From NCBI GenBank assembly GCA_050731755.1, contig JBOHPP010000038.1, positions 1-51,018 on the forward strand: DNA of 51,018 bases, in the 5' to 3' direction. Positions within the stretch are counted from its first letter, which is position 1. Each line of letters starts with the position of its first letter. The notes beneath the pieces are model-generated. The model saw only the letters and a list, made by a program, of their open reading frames with translations, was not told the origin of the DNA and did no database searches. The DNA comes from Candidatus Rokuibacteriota bacterium (GTDB lineage: Bacteria; Methylomirabilota; Methylomirabilia; Rokubacteriales; CSP1-6). Positions 34,398 through 43,710 of this stretch are shown here, one piece after another. A program made the translations under genes and the position numbers.

Positions 34398-35264
34398 TCA
34401 TGTTACCACTGGCCGACCAGGGCCGCGCCGTGGTAACGGATGTCGAGGCACGAGGAAGTCGGCCGCGATCGCGCGCTTCCGACGAAGACTCAATACTGCA
34501 GGATCATAGTAGATCCAGCGAAGCAACGCGAGTGACTCACGTTTGGCGTACTTCAGGCACCAAACGTCGTTGTGTGGCGGGCAGCGGCGCACGATGAGAC
34601 TGCCAGAGAGCCCCATCAGCCGCGAGACCGTCGCCCGCATCCACTCCAGGAATCGCGGACTGGCGGACACGATCGAGACAAACAAACGCGTATACACATA
34701 TTCGGGCTTCTTGAAGGTGTTGTATCGATCGACGTAGGTCACGATCGAACCGTCGCCGTCGATGCAGCCCCTCACGAAATCTCTGAACAAAATGTCGGGA
34801 ACGGCGATTGGGCCGAGCCTGAGGCTCTTCGCTGGCATGAGGCCGATTTCGAGCAGCCATCGGTAGAAGACTCGGTTGCCCCATTGCAGCCGGTAGCACG
34901 AACCATTCGGCGAGTTCGATGCGCGGGTGATCGTATTTTCCAAGCCGAGACAATCGCGCACCGACTCGAGCATGTCTTGATCCTTCGAAGTGACACACAG
35001 GTGCCGGCCATCTATAGATAGGCTGCCATCGGTTGCAATCAGCCCTACCACCCACGCGAGGCCGGCAGACCATGCCGCTGGTGCTCGAGGCCTGGTCAGG
35101 CGCGGTCCGCGTGGACGAGCCGGGATGCCTAATCGTCGTAGTCGCCGTAGTATCGTGATGGCGCCACAGCCGAGTTGGGCAGCAATCTCTTCGGCCGTCA
35201 GTCGCTCGTCCACATAGAGCCGCTTGAGAAGTTCAGGGTCGATCGGCACGTACCGGGGATGCAT
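34398..35264 (-). CDS. free-standing LAGLIDADG-family endonuclease-like protein with N-terminal HTH
   Basis: 288 aa. Two LAGLIDADG-type motifs (LAWVVGLIATDGSL; FVRGCIDGDGSI). N-terminal HTH LTAEEIAAQLGCGAITILRRLRRLGI. Visibly lower GC than its neighbours. Ends 21 nt upstream of tRNA-Leu on the same strand. Confidence 0.85.
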   Translation of the reverse strand: MHPRYVPIDPELLKRLYVDERLTAEEIAAQLGCGAITILRRLRRLGIPARPRGPRLTRPRAPAAWSAGLAWVVGLIATDGSLSIDGRHLCVTSKDQDMLESVRDCLGLENTITRASNSPNGSCYRLQWGNRVFYRWLLEIGLMPAKSLRLGPIAVPDILFRDFVRGCIDGDGSIVTYVDRYNTFKKPEYVYTRLFVSIVSASPRFLEWMRATVSRLMGLSGSLIVRRCPPHNDVWCLKYAKRESLALLRWIYYDPAVLSLRRKRAIAADFLVPRHPLPRRGPGRPVVT

Positions 35265-35368
35265 CCCTCAGCGTTGAGCCGCAGCCCACGGCCGTCAATG
35301 TCCAACCTTTGAGACAGTGACCTGGGACGCGTGATTGGAACCGCTACCCGGCGCTTTCGTTCACGCTC

Positions 35369-35377
35369 TGATAGAAT
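35369..35377 (+). promoter_or_regulatory. candidate extended -10 promoter element upstream of iorA
   Basis: TGATAGAAT (TG-n-TAGAAT) lies 21 nt upstream of the iorA ATG, with GAGGTG as a possible SD in between. No convincing -35. Confidence 0.2.
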
Positions 35378-35397
35378 CGGGCGCGAGGTGACGACCG

Positions 35398-37536
35398 ATG
35401 GGTGAGCGAACCTTCGCCGAGGACGTCAAGCAGCTCGGCTACGGCGCCGGGCAGACCCTGCAGGGCGAAGGCATCCTGGCCATCACCAAGGCGCTGCTGC
35501 AGTCGGGCGTCAGCTACGTGGGCGGCTACCCGGGGGCGCCGGTCTCGCACCTGCTCGACGTGATGGCCGACGCCTACGAGCCGCTGCTCAAGCCGCTCGG
35601 CATCTACTTCGAACAGTCGGCCAGCGAGGCGGCGGCCGCCGCGCTGCTGGGCGCCTCCATCAACTACCCGATGCGGGGCGCCGTCACCTGGACGTCGGTG
35701 GTCGGCACCAACGTCGCCTCGGACGCGCTGTCCCACGTGGCCTCGGCCGGCGTCGTGGGCGGCGCCGTCATCGTGATCGGCGAGGACTACGGCGAGGGCG
35801 CCTCCATCCTCCAGGAGCGCACGCACTCGGCGGCCCTCAAGTCGTCGATCCCCCTCATCGACCCGCGCAACAGCCTGCCCGCGTTCGCGCGCTTCGTGGA
35901 GGAGGGCTTTGGACTCTCGGAAGCTTGCCACGAGCCGGTGTTCTTCTCGATCCGGATCCGCGCCTGCCACATGCGCGGCAGCCTGGCCTGCCGCGACAAC
36001 GTCCGCCCGCGGATCAGCGTGCTCACGCCACTCAACGCCCCCGCCTTCAGCCTGGAGCGGATCAACCTGCCGCCGTTCACGTACCAGATGGAGGCCCAGA
36101 AGTTTGAGCAGCGCCTGCCCGCGGCACGCCACTACATCGCGACGCGCGGCCTCAACGAGCACCACCCGGGTCAGGAGCAGGACCTCGGCATCGTGCTGCA
36201 GGGCGGGCTATGGAACACCACGCTCCGGGGGCTGCACGCGCTGGGCCTGGCCGACCTCCACGGACGCACCGGGATCCCGCTGCTGGTGCTCAACGTGCTC
36301 CATCCCACGGTGCCGGAGGAGCTGATCGGTTTCCTCCGGGGCAAGCGGCAGGTCCTCGTTGTCGAAGAGGGCATGCCGAACTACATCGAGCAGGAGCTGA
36401 AAGCCGTGGCTCACGAGGCTCGCCTCAACGTGACGATCCACGGCAAGGACCTGCTCTCGACTCACGGCGAGTACGTGCCCCAGCTCGTCATCACCGGTCT
36501 CAAGAGGTTCCTGGCCCAGGCGGCGACGGCTTCGGCGCCGGTGGGCCTGCTGGAGGACCGATACCAGGCGCTCTTCGGCCATCAGGCCCGGCTCCGGACG
36601 CTGCTGCCCCGGCCCATCGCCAAGCGGCCGCCCACGTTCTGCACCGGTTGTCCGGAGCGTCCGGTGTTCAGCGCGATGAAGATCCTCCGCGCCACGGAGC
36701 CGGCGGTTGGCGACACCCACGTCGCCCACGACATCGGCTGCTCCACCTTCTCGACCCAGGCGCCCTTCAACGTCGGCAACTCGGTGTTGGGCTACGGCAT
36801 GGGGCTGGCCTCCTCGGCCGCCGTCGCGCCGAACTTCGCCAAGCGCGTGATCTCGGTGATGGGCGACGGCGGCTTCTGGCACAACGGGCTGGCCAGCGGG
36901 GTGGCCAACGCCGTCGCTAACAAACAGGACTCGGTCCTGGTCATCCTGGACAACTTCTACGCGGCGGCCACCGGGCAGCACCACATTCCGTCCACCGGGA
37001 CCAACGCCCGCCGCGAGCCGATTGCGATGACCATCCCCGAGGCGTTGCGCGGCGTGGGCGTGCGCTGGATCCGGACGGTGAACTCCTACCGGATCGCGGA
37101 GGTCATCGCCAGCCTGCGGGAGGCCCTCACCACCCGCTATCACGGGCTCAAGGTCATCATCGCCAAGGGCGAGTGCCAGCTCGAGCGCCAGCGCCGGCTC
37201 CGCCCGCTCCAGCGCCGACGGGCTCAGGCCGGCGCGCCGGTGGTGCAGCCTCGCTTCGGCGTCGACCCCGACGTCTGCACCGGCGACCACTCCTGCATGC
37301 GCCTGAATGGCTGTCCCTCGCTCACGCTCCGGGAAAACCCCGACCCGCTGCGCGACGATCCCATCGCCCACGTCGACCAGACCTGCGTGGGGTGCGGGGT
37401 CTGCGGCGAGGTGGCCCACGCCGCCGTGCTCTGTCCCTCCTTCTACGAAGTCCGGACCATCCACAACCCGACCTGGTGGCAACGCTGGGTCGGGCGGGTC
37501 CGTGTGGCCGTGATCGGGCGACTGGCGACCGCCTGA
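35398..37536 (+). CDS. iorA: indolepyruvate:ferredoxin oxidoreductase alpha subunit (TPP- and 4Fe-4S-binding)
   Basis: 712 aa. N-terminal LQGEGILAITKALLQSGVSYVGGYPGAP, TPP motif MGDGGFWHNG, Cys clusters CTGCPERP, CTGDHSCMRLNGCP, CVGCGVCGEVAHAAVLCP. Confidence 0.88.
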   Translation: MGERTFAEDVKQLGYGAGQTLQGEGILAITKALLQSGVSYVGGYPGAPVSHLLDVMADAYEPLLKPLGIYFEQSASEAAAAALLGASINYPMRGAVTWTSVVGTNVASDALSHVASAGVVGGAVIVIGEDYGEGASILQERTHSAALKSSIPLIDPRNSLPAFARFVEEGFGLSEACHEPVFFSIRIRACHMRGSLACRDNVRPRISVLTPLNAPAFSLERINLPPFTYQMEAQKFEQRLPAARHYIATRGLNEHHPGQEQDLGIVLQGGLWNTTLRGLHALGLADLHGRTGIPLLVLNVLHPTVPEELIGFLRGKRQVLVVEEGMPNYIEQELKAVAHEARLNVTIHGKDLLSTHGEYVPQLVITGLKRFLAQAATASAPVGLLEDRYQALFGHQARLRTLLPRPIAKRPPTFCTGCPERPVFSAMKILRATEPAVGDTHVAHDIGCSTFSTQAPFNVGNSVLGYGMGLASSAAVAPNFAKRVISVMGDGGFWHNGLASGVANAVANKQDSVLVILDNFYAAATGQHHIPSTGTNARREPIAMTIPEALRGVGVRWIRTVNSYRIAEVIASLREALTTRYHGLKVIIAKGECQLERQRRLRPLQRRRAQAGAPVVQPRFGVDPDVCTGDHSCMRLNGCPSLTLRENPDPLRDDPIAHVDQTCVGCGVCGEVAHAAVLCPSFYEVRTIHNPTWWQRWVGRVRVAVIGRLATA

Positions 37537-37545
37537 TCTCCGAAG

Positions 37546-39093
37546 GTGAGCGAACCTCGGCTGCTGTCACTGCTCATCCCCGCCGTCGGCGGGCAGGGCG
37601 GCGGCGTGCTCGCCGAGTGGATCGTGGAGGCGGCGCTGGCCGACGGCCTGGCCGCTCACGCCACCTCCATCCCGGGTGTGGCCCAGCGCACGGGCTCCAC
37701 CACGTATTACGTCGAGGTGTTCGCGGGAGATGACGGCGAGCCGCCCGCCTTCTCGCTCTACCCCATTCCCGGGGCCCTCGACGTGCTGCTCGCTCCCGAG
37801 TTCCTCGAGGTGGGCCGCGCCATCGAGAACGGAATACCATCACCGGCGCGCACGACGATCGTGGCCAGCACCCACCGGCTCTACTCCATTCACGAGAAGA
37901 TGGCCACAGGCCGCAGCCTGTACCCTCTCGAGGCGCTGGAGGCGGCCGCCCGGGCCACCTCCCGGGCGCTCATCGCGTTCGATGCCCTGACCGTCGCCCG
38001 CGAGCACGACAGCGAAGTCAACGCCGTGCTGCTCGGCGCGCTGGCCGGCAGCGGCGTCCTGCCCATCCGGCCGGAGTCGTACCGGGCGGCCATCGAGCAC
38101 AAGGGCGTGAGCGTGGAGGCAAACCTGCGTGGCTTCCAGGCCGGGGTCGACCGCGCGCGATCGCCGGTGACGCTGCCGCGCCCGGATCCCCCGCGCCCGC
38201 TGCGGGCGCCGGCGGCGTTCGCCGACGCGCTGGCCACGCTGCCCGAGGCGGTCCGGCCCGTCGCCGGGGAAGCGGTGGCGCGGCTGATCGACTACCAGGA
38301 TCGGAGCTACGCAGCCCGCTACCTCGGGCGGCTCGCGCCTTTCGTGGGGCGCGACCGGGATCCCGAGCTGGGACGGCTGGTGGCCAAGCACCTTGCCGTG
38401 TGGATGACGTACGAGGACGCCATTCGAGTCGCCGACCTCAAGACTCGGGCGAGTCGCTTCGCCCGGATCCGGGCCGATGCGCAGGCGCGCGACGCCCAGA
38501 TCGTCGTGACCGACTATCTCAAGCCCGACCTGGACGAAATCTACGGCATCCTGCCCGACCGGCTGGTGGCGCCGCTGGCCCGCTGGGCCGAGCGGCACTG
38601 GCCCCACGGGCGGCCGACGCCAGGGCAGCACGTGAAGACCACGACCGTGTGCGGATTCCTCCGGCTGTGGCTCCTGGCCAGGTGCCGCTGGCTGCGACCG
38701 TACTCCTATCGCGCGCGGAAGGAGCACGAGCGAATGGAGCGCTGGCTCGACGCTGTCCGGCGGGCTGCGGAATGGGACGGCGAGCTGGGCCGCGAGATGG
38801 CGCAAAGCGCCCAGCTCGTGAAGGGCTACGGCGAGGTTCGGCGGCGGATGACGGGCTTCTTCGACCACCTGCTGGCCAGCGTGTTGCGGGCGGCGGCTCT
38901 GGAGGCCGAGGCGGCCGGCGGGTTCGCGGTCTCCCGCGGCCTGGCCGCCACCTATCGCCAGCTCGTGCTCCAGGGCCCGGAGGCCGAGCCGCGCGCTCTC
39001 GCCCTGGCCGACGACGTGCTCAGCCGCCTGGCTCGCGGCGAGCGCGCGGCGGCGCTCGCCGCGCTCAAGGCGTCGACGAACGGGATCGGGTGA
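37546..39093 (+). CDS. iorB: indolepyruvate oxidoreductase beta subunit with long C-terminal extension
   Basis: GTG 37546. 2-oxoacid oxidoreductase gamma-type N-terminus (LLIPAVGGQGGGVLAEWIVEAAL) plus a ~300-aa helical C-terminal region. Together with iorA the length matches the fused ~1150-aa family. Confidence 0.8.
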   Translation: MSEPRLLSLLIPAVGGQGGGVLAEWIVEAALADGLAAHATSIPGVAQRTGSTTYYVEVFAGDDGEPPAFSLYPIPGALDVLLAPEFLEVGRAIENGIPSPARTTIVASTHRLYSIHEKMATGRSLYPLEALEAAARATSRALIAFDALTVAREHDSEVNAVLLGALAGSGVLPIRPESYRAAIEHKGVSVEANLRGFQAGVDRARSPVTLPRPDPPRPLRAPAAFADALATLPEAVRPVAGEAVARLIDYQDRSYAARYLGRLAPFVGRDRDPELGRLVAKHLAVWMTYEDAIRVADLKTRASRFARIRADAQARDAQIVVTDYLKPDLDEIYGILPDRLVAPLARWAERHWPHGRPTPGQHVKTTTVCGFLRLWLLARCRWLRPYSYRARKEHERMERWLDAVRRAAEWDGELGREMAQSAQLVKGYGEVRRRMTGFFDHLLASVLRAAALEAEAAGGFAVSRGLAATYRQLVLQGPEAEPRALALADDVLSRLARGERAAALAALKASTNGIG

Positions 39094-39141
39094 GGTTCAG
39101 CCCCAGGCGTTCCCGCGTCTGACCGGGATCGCGGCCGACGC

Positions 39142-39837
39142 TCAGACGGTGCGGCGCGCGAACGCGGTGAGGCGCTCGAAGTCTTCGGGCGAGAGGTTGA
39201 CGAAGCGGAAGGCCTGCCCTTCGGCGTCGGCGCGCACCAGGAGCGCCATGGCGCGCATCGGGCCCTGGCCGTCCGGCGGCGTGAAGGCGAGCTTGGCCAC
39301 CGCGCCGTCGGACAGTGACGCGCCGGAGCGGACGCGGATGCCGGACGGGCTGAGATCGAAGGCCCAGCCGTCCCACTCCCCGCCGTCATAGGTGGTGAGG
39401 CGCACCGGAAACGTCACCCGCACCCGCGTCGCCCGCCGTCGCTCCGGCGCCTGCGTCTCGGCGAGGCGCTGGCGGGACAGCGCGTGAGGCTCGACATGGG
39501 CCAGCACTTCCCCCAGCCGCTCGAACGCGATCGGCTTGCCCACGAAGTCGAAGGCGCCCCGGCGCAGGCACTCGCGGGCCTGGCTCTCCGTGGCCACGCC
39601 GGAAACGGCCACGATCGGCAAGCCAGACTCGCGCACGGGGCGAAGCTGAAGGAAGTCGAGGCCGGAAAGCCCGGGCAGGTTGATGTCCAGGATGACGGCG
39701 TCGGGACGGTCGGTGTCGAGCCGGCGCAACGCGGCCTCGGCGCTCCGCACGAGCACCGGCTCGTGCCCCATCTCGAGAAGGAAGTCGCGGAACACGCCGG
39801 CCACGTCGAGATCGTCTTCCACGACGAGGACCCGCAT
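39142..39837 (-). CDS. response regulator receiver fused to PilZ (c-di-GMP-binding) domain
   Basis: 231 aa. Receiver motifs RVLVVEDD, DAVILDINLPGLSG, IVAVSG, VGKP. PilZ motifs RRRATRVRV and DLSPSGIRV. Confidence 0.85.
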   Translation of the reverse strand: MRVLVVEDDLDVAGVFRDFLLEMGHEPVLVRSAEAALRRLDTDRPDAVILDINLPGLSGLDFLQLRPVRESGLPIVAVSGVATESQARECLRRGAFDFVGKPIAFERLGEVLAHVEPHALSRQRLAETQAPERRRATRVRVTFPVRLTTYDGGEWDGWAFDLSPSGIRVRSGASLSDGAVAKLAFTPPDGQGPMRAMALLVRADAEGQAFRFVNLSPEDFERLTAFARRTV

Positions 39838-39843
39838 GCGGTT

Positions 39844-40374
39844 CTAGGACCCGTCGGCGCGCGACCCCGGCGCCGCCGCCGGCCGCGGCCACAACTCACC
39901 GAAGAACGCGGCCCAGAAGGCGCGCGGCACCGGACGCCCGTAATCGCCGAGCAGGGTGCGGGACTCGAACCGGTGGGCCAACCGATAGCTGAAGCTGTAG
40001 AAGGCGCCGATGGACCGCGGGGTCAGCTCACCGTTGAACACGATGTCGAGGGCGAGGTGCATCAACCCGCCCAGCAGGTAGCCCCACAGGACCGGCGCGT
40101 CGGTCCACCACGTCAGCGCGGTCAGGATGGCGAAGAGCTCGTACGAGTGCAGCACCAGGACGGTCCGGCGCGCGCGGCCGGCGAGGTAGTAGCGGAGAAA
40201 GGCGCCGGGACGCAGATCGCGCTGCCGCTCGACCAGGACGTAGTCCAGGGCGTGGTCGACATCGATGAGGAAGCCGCCGAGGGCGACGCCGGCGGTGAGG
40301 GGCCACGAACCGGTGAGCGCGGCCGCCGTGCCGCAGGCGGCCACGGTCGTCAGGAGATGGCCGCCGGGGCTCAC
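39844..40374 (-). CDS. membrane-bound metal-dependent hydrolase-like protein (YdjM/DUF457-like)
   Basis: GTG 40374, 176 aa, 4-5 hydrophobic helices, His/Asp-containing FLIDVDHALDY and GGLMHLALD. The family call is tentative. Confidence 0.55.
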   Translation of the reverse strand: MSPGGHLLTTVAACGTAAALTGSWPLTAGVALGGFLIDVDHALDYVLVERQRDLRPGAFLRYYLAGRARRTVLVLHSYELFAILTALTWWTDAPVLWGYLLGGLMHLALDIVFNGELTPRSIGAFYSFSYRLAHRFESRTLLGDYGRPVPRAFWAAFFGELWPRPAAAPGSRADGS

Positions 40375-40420
40375 GTCTCCATCCTACCAGAGCCGCGCCC
40401 GGGAGCGGTCTGACCAGCCG

Positions 40421-40429
40421 TGCTATACT
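40421..40429 (+). promoter_or_regulatory. candidate extended -10 promoter element upstream of nuoA
   Basis: TGCTATACT lies 25 nt upstream of the nuoA GTG (SD AAGGAG at 40443-40448), in the divergent intergenic region. Confidence 0.25.
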
Positions 40430-40453
40430 CGCCTCTCGGGCCAAGGAGATAAT

Positions 40454-40807
40454 GTGTCCGAGTACTTGCCCGTCGCCATCTTTGCTGTCCTGATCGTCCT
40501 TTTCGGCGTGGTGTCCCTGGGCGTGGCCCGTCTGCTCCGGCCCTCTCGTCCCGACCCGGTGAAGCTCATGAACTACGAGTGCGGGGCCGAGCCGATCGGC
40601 CAGGCCTGGGTGCAGTTCCCCGTGGGGTTCTACCTGGTCGCTCTCGTCTTCATCCTGTTCGACACCCTCGCGGTGTTCCTATTCCCATGGGCGCTGGTGC
40701 TGCGGTCCAGCGGGCTCAGCGCATTCTGGGTGGTGGCAGCCTTCGTCGGCATCGTCGGGTTGGGTTGGCTCTACGCCTATCGGGAGGGCCTGCTGGAGTG
40801 GAAGTGA
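40454..40807 (+). CDS. nuoA: NADH-quinone oxidoreductase subunit A
   Basis: GTG 40454 after AAGGAG, 117 aa. NuoA pattern YECGAEPIG...[26 protein letters not shown]. Confidence 0.9.
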   Translation: MSEYLPVAIFAVLIVLFGVVSLGVARLLRPSRPDPVKLMNYECGAEPIGQAWVQFPVGFYLVALVFILFDTLAVFLFPWALVLRSSGLSAFWVVAAFVGIVGLGWLYAYREGLLEWK

Positions 40808-41433
40808 AGCCCCCTGTCCCCCAGATCCCGCCGCCGGTGTGGACCGAGATCAAGGACCTGCAGGAGTGGGAGAAGTACCGGCAGGAACGTCCGGACGGCG
40901 ACAAGACGTCCAACGCCCTGGCCGCCATCGCCGACGCCATCCACCACTTGCCCGGCGGCTGGATCATGGTCACGTCCACCGAGAAGATCTTCAACTGGGC
41001 GCGCAGCTCGTCGATCTGGCCCGTCACCTTCGGGCTGGCGTGCTGCGCGATCGAGGTGATGGCGACGTTCGCCTCGCGCTTCGACGTGGAGCGCTTCGGG
41101 ATGGTTCCCTGGGCGTCGCCGCGCCACTCCGACCTCATGATCGTCTCCGGGACGGTGACCATCAAGATGGCGCCGATGCTCAAGCGGATCTATGACCAGA
41201 TGCCCGACCCCAAGTGGGTCGTCTCCATGGGATCCTGCGCCAACTCCGGTGGCCCGTTCCGGCACGGCTACCACGTGGTCAAGGGTGTGGACCGCGTGGT
41301 CCCGGTCGATGTGTACGTCCCCGGCTGCCCGCCCACGCCCGACTCCCTGATGTACGGCCTGCTCAAGCTCCAGGAGCAGGTCGCCGAGTTTCAGAAGACC
41401 GGCCGGCGGCCTTCCTCTCCACAGGAAGGCTGA
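40804..41433 (+). CDS. nuoB: NADH-quinone oxidoreductase subunit B
   Basis: GTG 40804 overlaps the nuoA stop (GTGA). Motifs [38 protein letters not shown] (N2 cluster cysteines). Confidence 0.93.
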   Translation: MKPPVPQIPPPVWTEIKDLQEWEKYRQERPDGDKTSNALAAIADAIHHLPGGWIMVTSTEKIFNWARSSSIWPVTFGLACCAIEVMATFASRFDVERFGMVPWASPRHSDLMIVSGTVTIKMAPMLKRIYDQMPDPKWVVSMGSCANSGGPFRHGYHVVKGVDRVVPVDVYVPGCPPTPDSLMYGLLKLQEQVAEFQKTGRRPSSPQEG

Positions 41434-41439
41434 TCCGGC

Positions 41440-41892
41440 GTGACCCCGGCCGAGACCGCGGTGCGAGTGCGGGAGAGGTTTGGCGTCGAGCCCGCTGTCG
41501 ACGGCGCCGTGGTCACCGCGGTCGTCCCCGTCGAGCGGTGGCCGGAGGTCGCCGAGTTCGCCAAGCACGAGCTCCGCTGCCGGTACTTCAACTGGCTCAG
41601 CGCAGTGGACTGGAAGACGGACGGCCTCGAGGTGATCTGCCGCCTGGAGAACCTGGACGCCGGGCTGGTCCTGGTCATGAAGACCCGCCTGGGTTCCGGG
41701 CAGACACGCTGTCCCACGCTGACCGGCCTCTACCGGGGCGCCGACTGGATGGAGCGCGAGTGCTACGACATGTTCGGCGTGGTCTTCGAGAACCATCCCG
41801 ATCTGCGGCGGATCCTGCTGCCCCAGGACTGGGAGGGGCACCCGCTTCGGAAGGACTACGCCGTCGACACCCCTCACCCGCCGTACCGATGA
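41440..41892 (+). CDS. nuoC: NADH-quinone oxidoreductase subunit C
   Basis: 150 aa, GTG start. NuoC C-terminal pattern [40 protein letters not shown]. Confidence 0.9.
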   Translation: MTPAETAVRVRERFGVEPAVDGAVVTAVVPVERWPEVAEFAKHELRCRYFNWLSAVDWKTDGLEVICRLENLDAGLVLVMKTRLGSGQTRCPTLTGLYRGADWMERECYDMFGVVFENHPDLRRILLPQDWEGHPLRKDYAVDTPHPPYR

Positions 41893-41908
41893 GCGAAGGG
41901 AGAACACG

Positions 41909-42544
41909 ATGATCTACGAGCTGAGGACGTACACCCTGATGCCTGGCAAGCAGGCCGAGTACCTCAAGCAGTCCTCGGAGGTGGGTCGCAAGGTGCGCGG
42001 CGACAAGTACGGCAAGCTCGAGGGCTTCTGGACGACCGAGTTCGGCACGTTGAACCAGGTCGTGCACCTCTGGAGCTACGCGAGCCTGGACGAGCGTGAC
42101 CGCTTGCGCGGCGAACTGGCCAAGAACGAAGAGTGGACCAAGGGCTACCTCCCGCAGACGCGGGCGCTGCTGGTGGCCCAGGAGAACAAGATCCTGTCGG
42201 CTCAGGTTCCGCTCAAGCCGCCGGCCGGCGACGGCCATCTCTACGAGCTGCGCTGGTACCGAACCCAGGTGGGCAAGGCGCCGGAGTGGCTCGGTCACTT
42301 CAAGGCGGCGCTGCCCGTGCGCGAGAAGTATTCGCCCATCGTGGGACTCTGGCAGACGGAGATGGGGCAGCTCAACGAGGTCGTCCACCTCTGGGCCTAC
42401 CGGGACCTCAACGAGCGGGCCGGCGTTCGAGGCAAGACCAGCCAGGATCCGCAGTGGCAGGCCTTCCTCGGCAAAGGGTACCCGCTGCTGCTGGAGATGA
42501 AGTCGATCATCCTCAGCCCGGCGCCGCACTCCCCGATGAAGTGA
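41909..42544 (+). CDS. NIPSNAP family protein (two tandem NIPSNAP repeats)
   Basis: 211 aa, SD GAAGGGAG. Repeat signatures MIYELRTYTL...LNQVVHLWSYASLDERDRLR and HLYELRWYRT...LNEVVHLWAYRDLNERAGVR. Confidence 0.85.
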   Translation: MIYELRTYTLMPGKQAEYLKQSSEVGRKVRGDKYGKLEGFWTTEFGTLNQVVHLWSYASLDERDRLRGELAKNEEWTKGYLPQTRALLVAQENKILSAQVPLKPPAGDGHLYELRWYRTQVGKAPEWLGHFKAALPVREKYSPIVGLWQTEMGQLNEVVHLWAYRDLNERAGVRGKTSQDPQWQAFLGKGYPLLLEMKSIILSPAPHSPMK

Positions 42545-42549
42545 GGTCG

Positions 42550-43710
42550 ATGGACCCCGAGGCGCGGACGGTCGTCGAGGTCGGGTACGGAGGCAACGAG
42601 CGCCTCATCATGAACATGGGGCCGCAGCACCCGTCCGCCCACGGTGTCTTCCGCGCCATCCTCACCCTGGAGGGCGAGACCATCGCCGGTGTGGACGCCG
42701 TGATCGGCTATCTCCATCGCTGCCACGAGAAGCTGGGGGAGACCCTCACCTACGTGCAGTACCCGTCGATCGCCTCCAAGACCGACTACGTCGCGGCCAT
42801 GACGTCGGAGCTGGCTTACGTGGCCGCGGTGGAGAAAGTCGGCAAGATCGACGTGCCCCGGCGGGCCCAGTATCTGCGCGTGCTCGTCGCCGAACTGCAA
42901 CGGATCGCCTCGCACTGCCTGTGGCTCGGCACCTGGTGTCTGGACCTGGGGGGCGCCCTCGGTGGCGGTGCCACCGTCTTCCTCTACACCATGCGCGAGC
43001 GAGAGACGATCCTCGATCTGTTCGAGGCGCTCACCGGGGCCCGGCTCCTCTATGGCTTCCACCAGGTCGGCGGCGTCCGCTACGATCTGCCGGCCGGCTG
43101 GGTGGAACGCTGCCGGACGACTCTCGAGCTCGTCGATCGGCGCATCGACGAGTACGAGGCGATGCTCGACGACAACGCCTTCTTCCGGGTCCGCACGCAA
43201 GGCGTGGGGATGATCTCGCAGGAGCTGGCCCTGGAGGTCGGCCTGTCCGGGCCCCTCATCCGCGGCTCGGGTGTCGGCTACGACGTGCGTCGGGCCGAGC
43301 CGTACTCCGGCTACGAGGACTTCGACTTCAAGATCCCGGTCGAGACGGCCGGCGACTGTTACGCGCGCTACCGCGTGCGGATGCAGGAATTCCGCCAGTC
43401 GATGGCGATCGTGCGCCAGGTGTTGGACGGGCTGCCCGAGGGACCGATCGGCTCCCGGCCCGGCGTCAAGTCGGTGGGACAGGTGCGCATTGCCAAGGGC
43501 GAGGGCTACGCGCGGGTGGAAGGCGCGCGGGGCGAGGTGGGCTGCTACCTCATCAGCGACGGGAGCCCCAAGCCGTATCGGATGAAGTGGCGGGGCGCCT
43601 CGTTCTCGAACCTGGCGATCCTGCCTCACATCCTGACCGGCCACAAGGTGGCCGACGTCGTGGCCATCATGGGCTCGGTGGATCCGGTCTTCGGCGAGGT
43701 GGATCGGTGA
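42550..43710 (+). CDS. nuoD: NADH-quinone oxidoreductase subunit D
   Basis: ATG 42550. Motifs NMGPQHPSAHGVFR, GYLHRCHEKL, ...VDPVFGEVDR C-terminus. Confidence 0.95.
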   Translation: MDPEARTVVEVGYGGNERLIMNMGPQHPSAHGVFRAILTLEGETIAGVDAVIGYLHRCHEKLGETLTYVQYPSIASKTDYVAAMTSELAYVAAVEKVGKIDVPRRAQYLRVLVAELQRIASHCLWLGTWCLDLGGALGGGATVFLYTMRERETILDLFEALTGARLLYGFHQVGGVRYDLPAGWVERCRTTLELVDRRIDEYEAMLDDNAFFRVRTQGVGMISQELALEVGLSGPLIRGSGVGYDVRRAEPYSGYEDFDFKIPVETAGDCYARYRVRMQEFRQSMAIVRQVLDGLPEGPIGSRPGVKSVGQVRIAKGEGYARVEGARGEVGCYLISDGSPKPYRMKWRGASFSNLAILPHILTGHKVADVVAIMGSVDPVFGEVDR

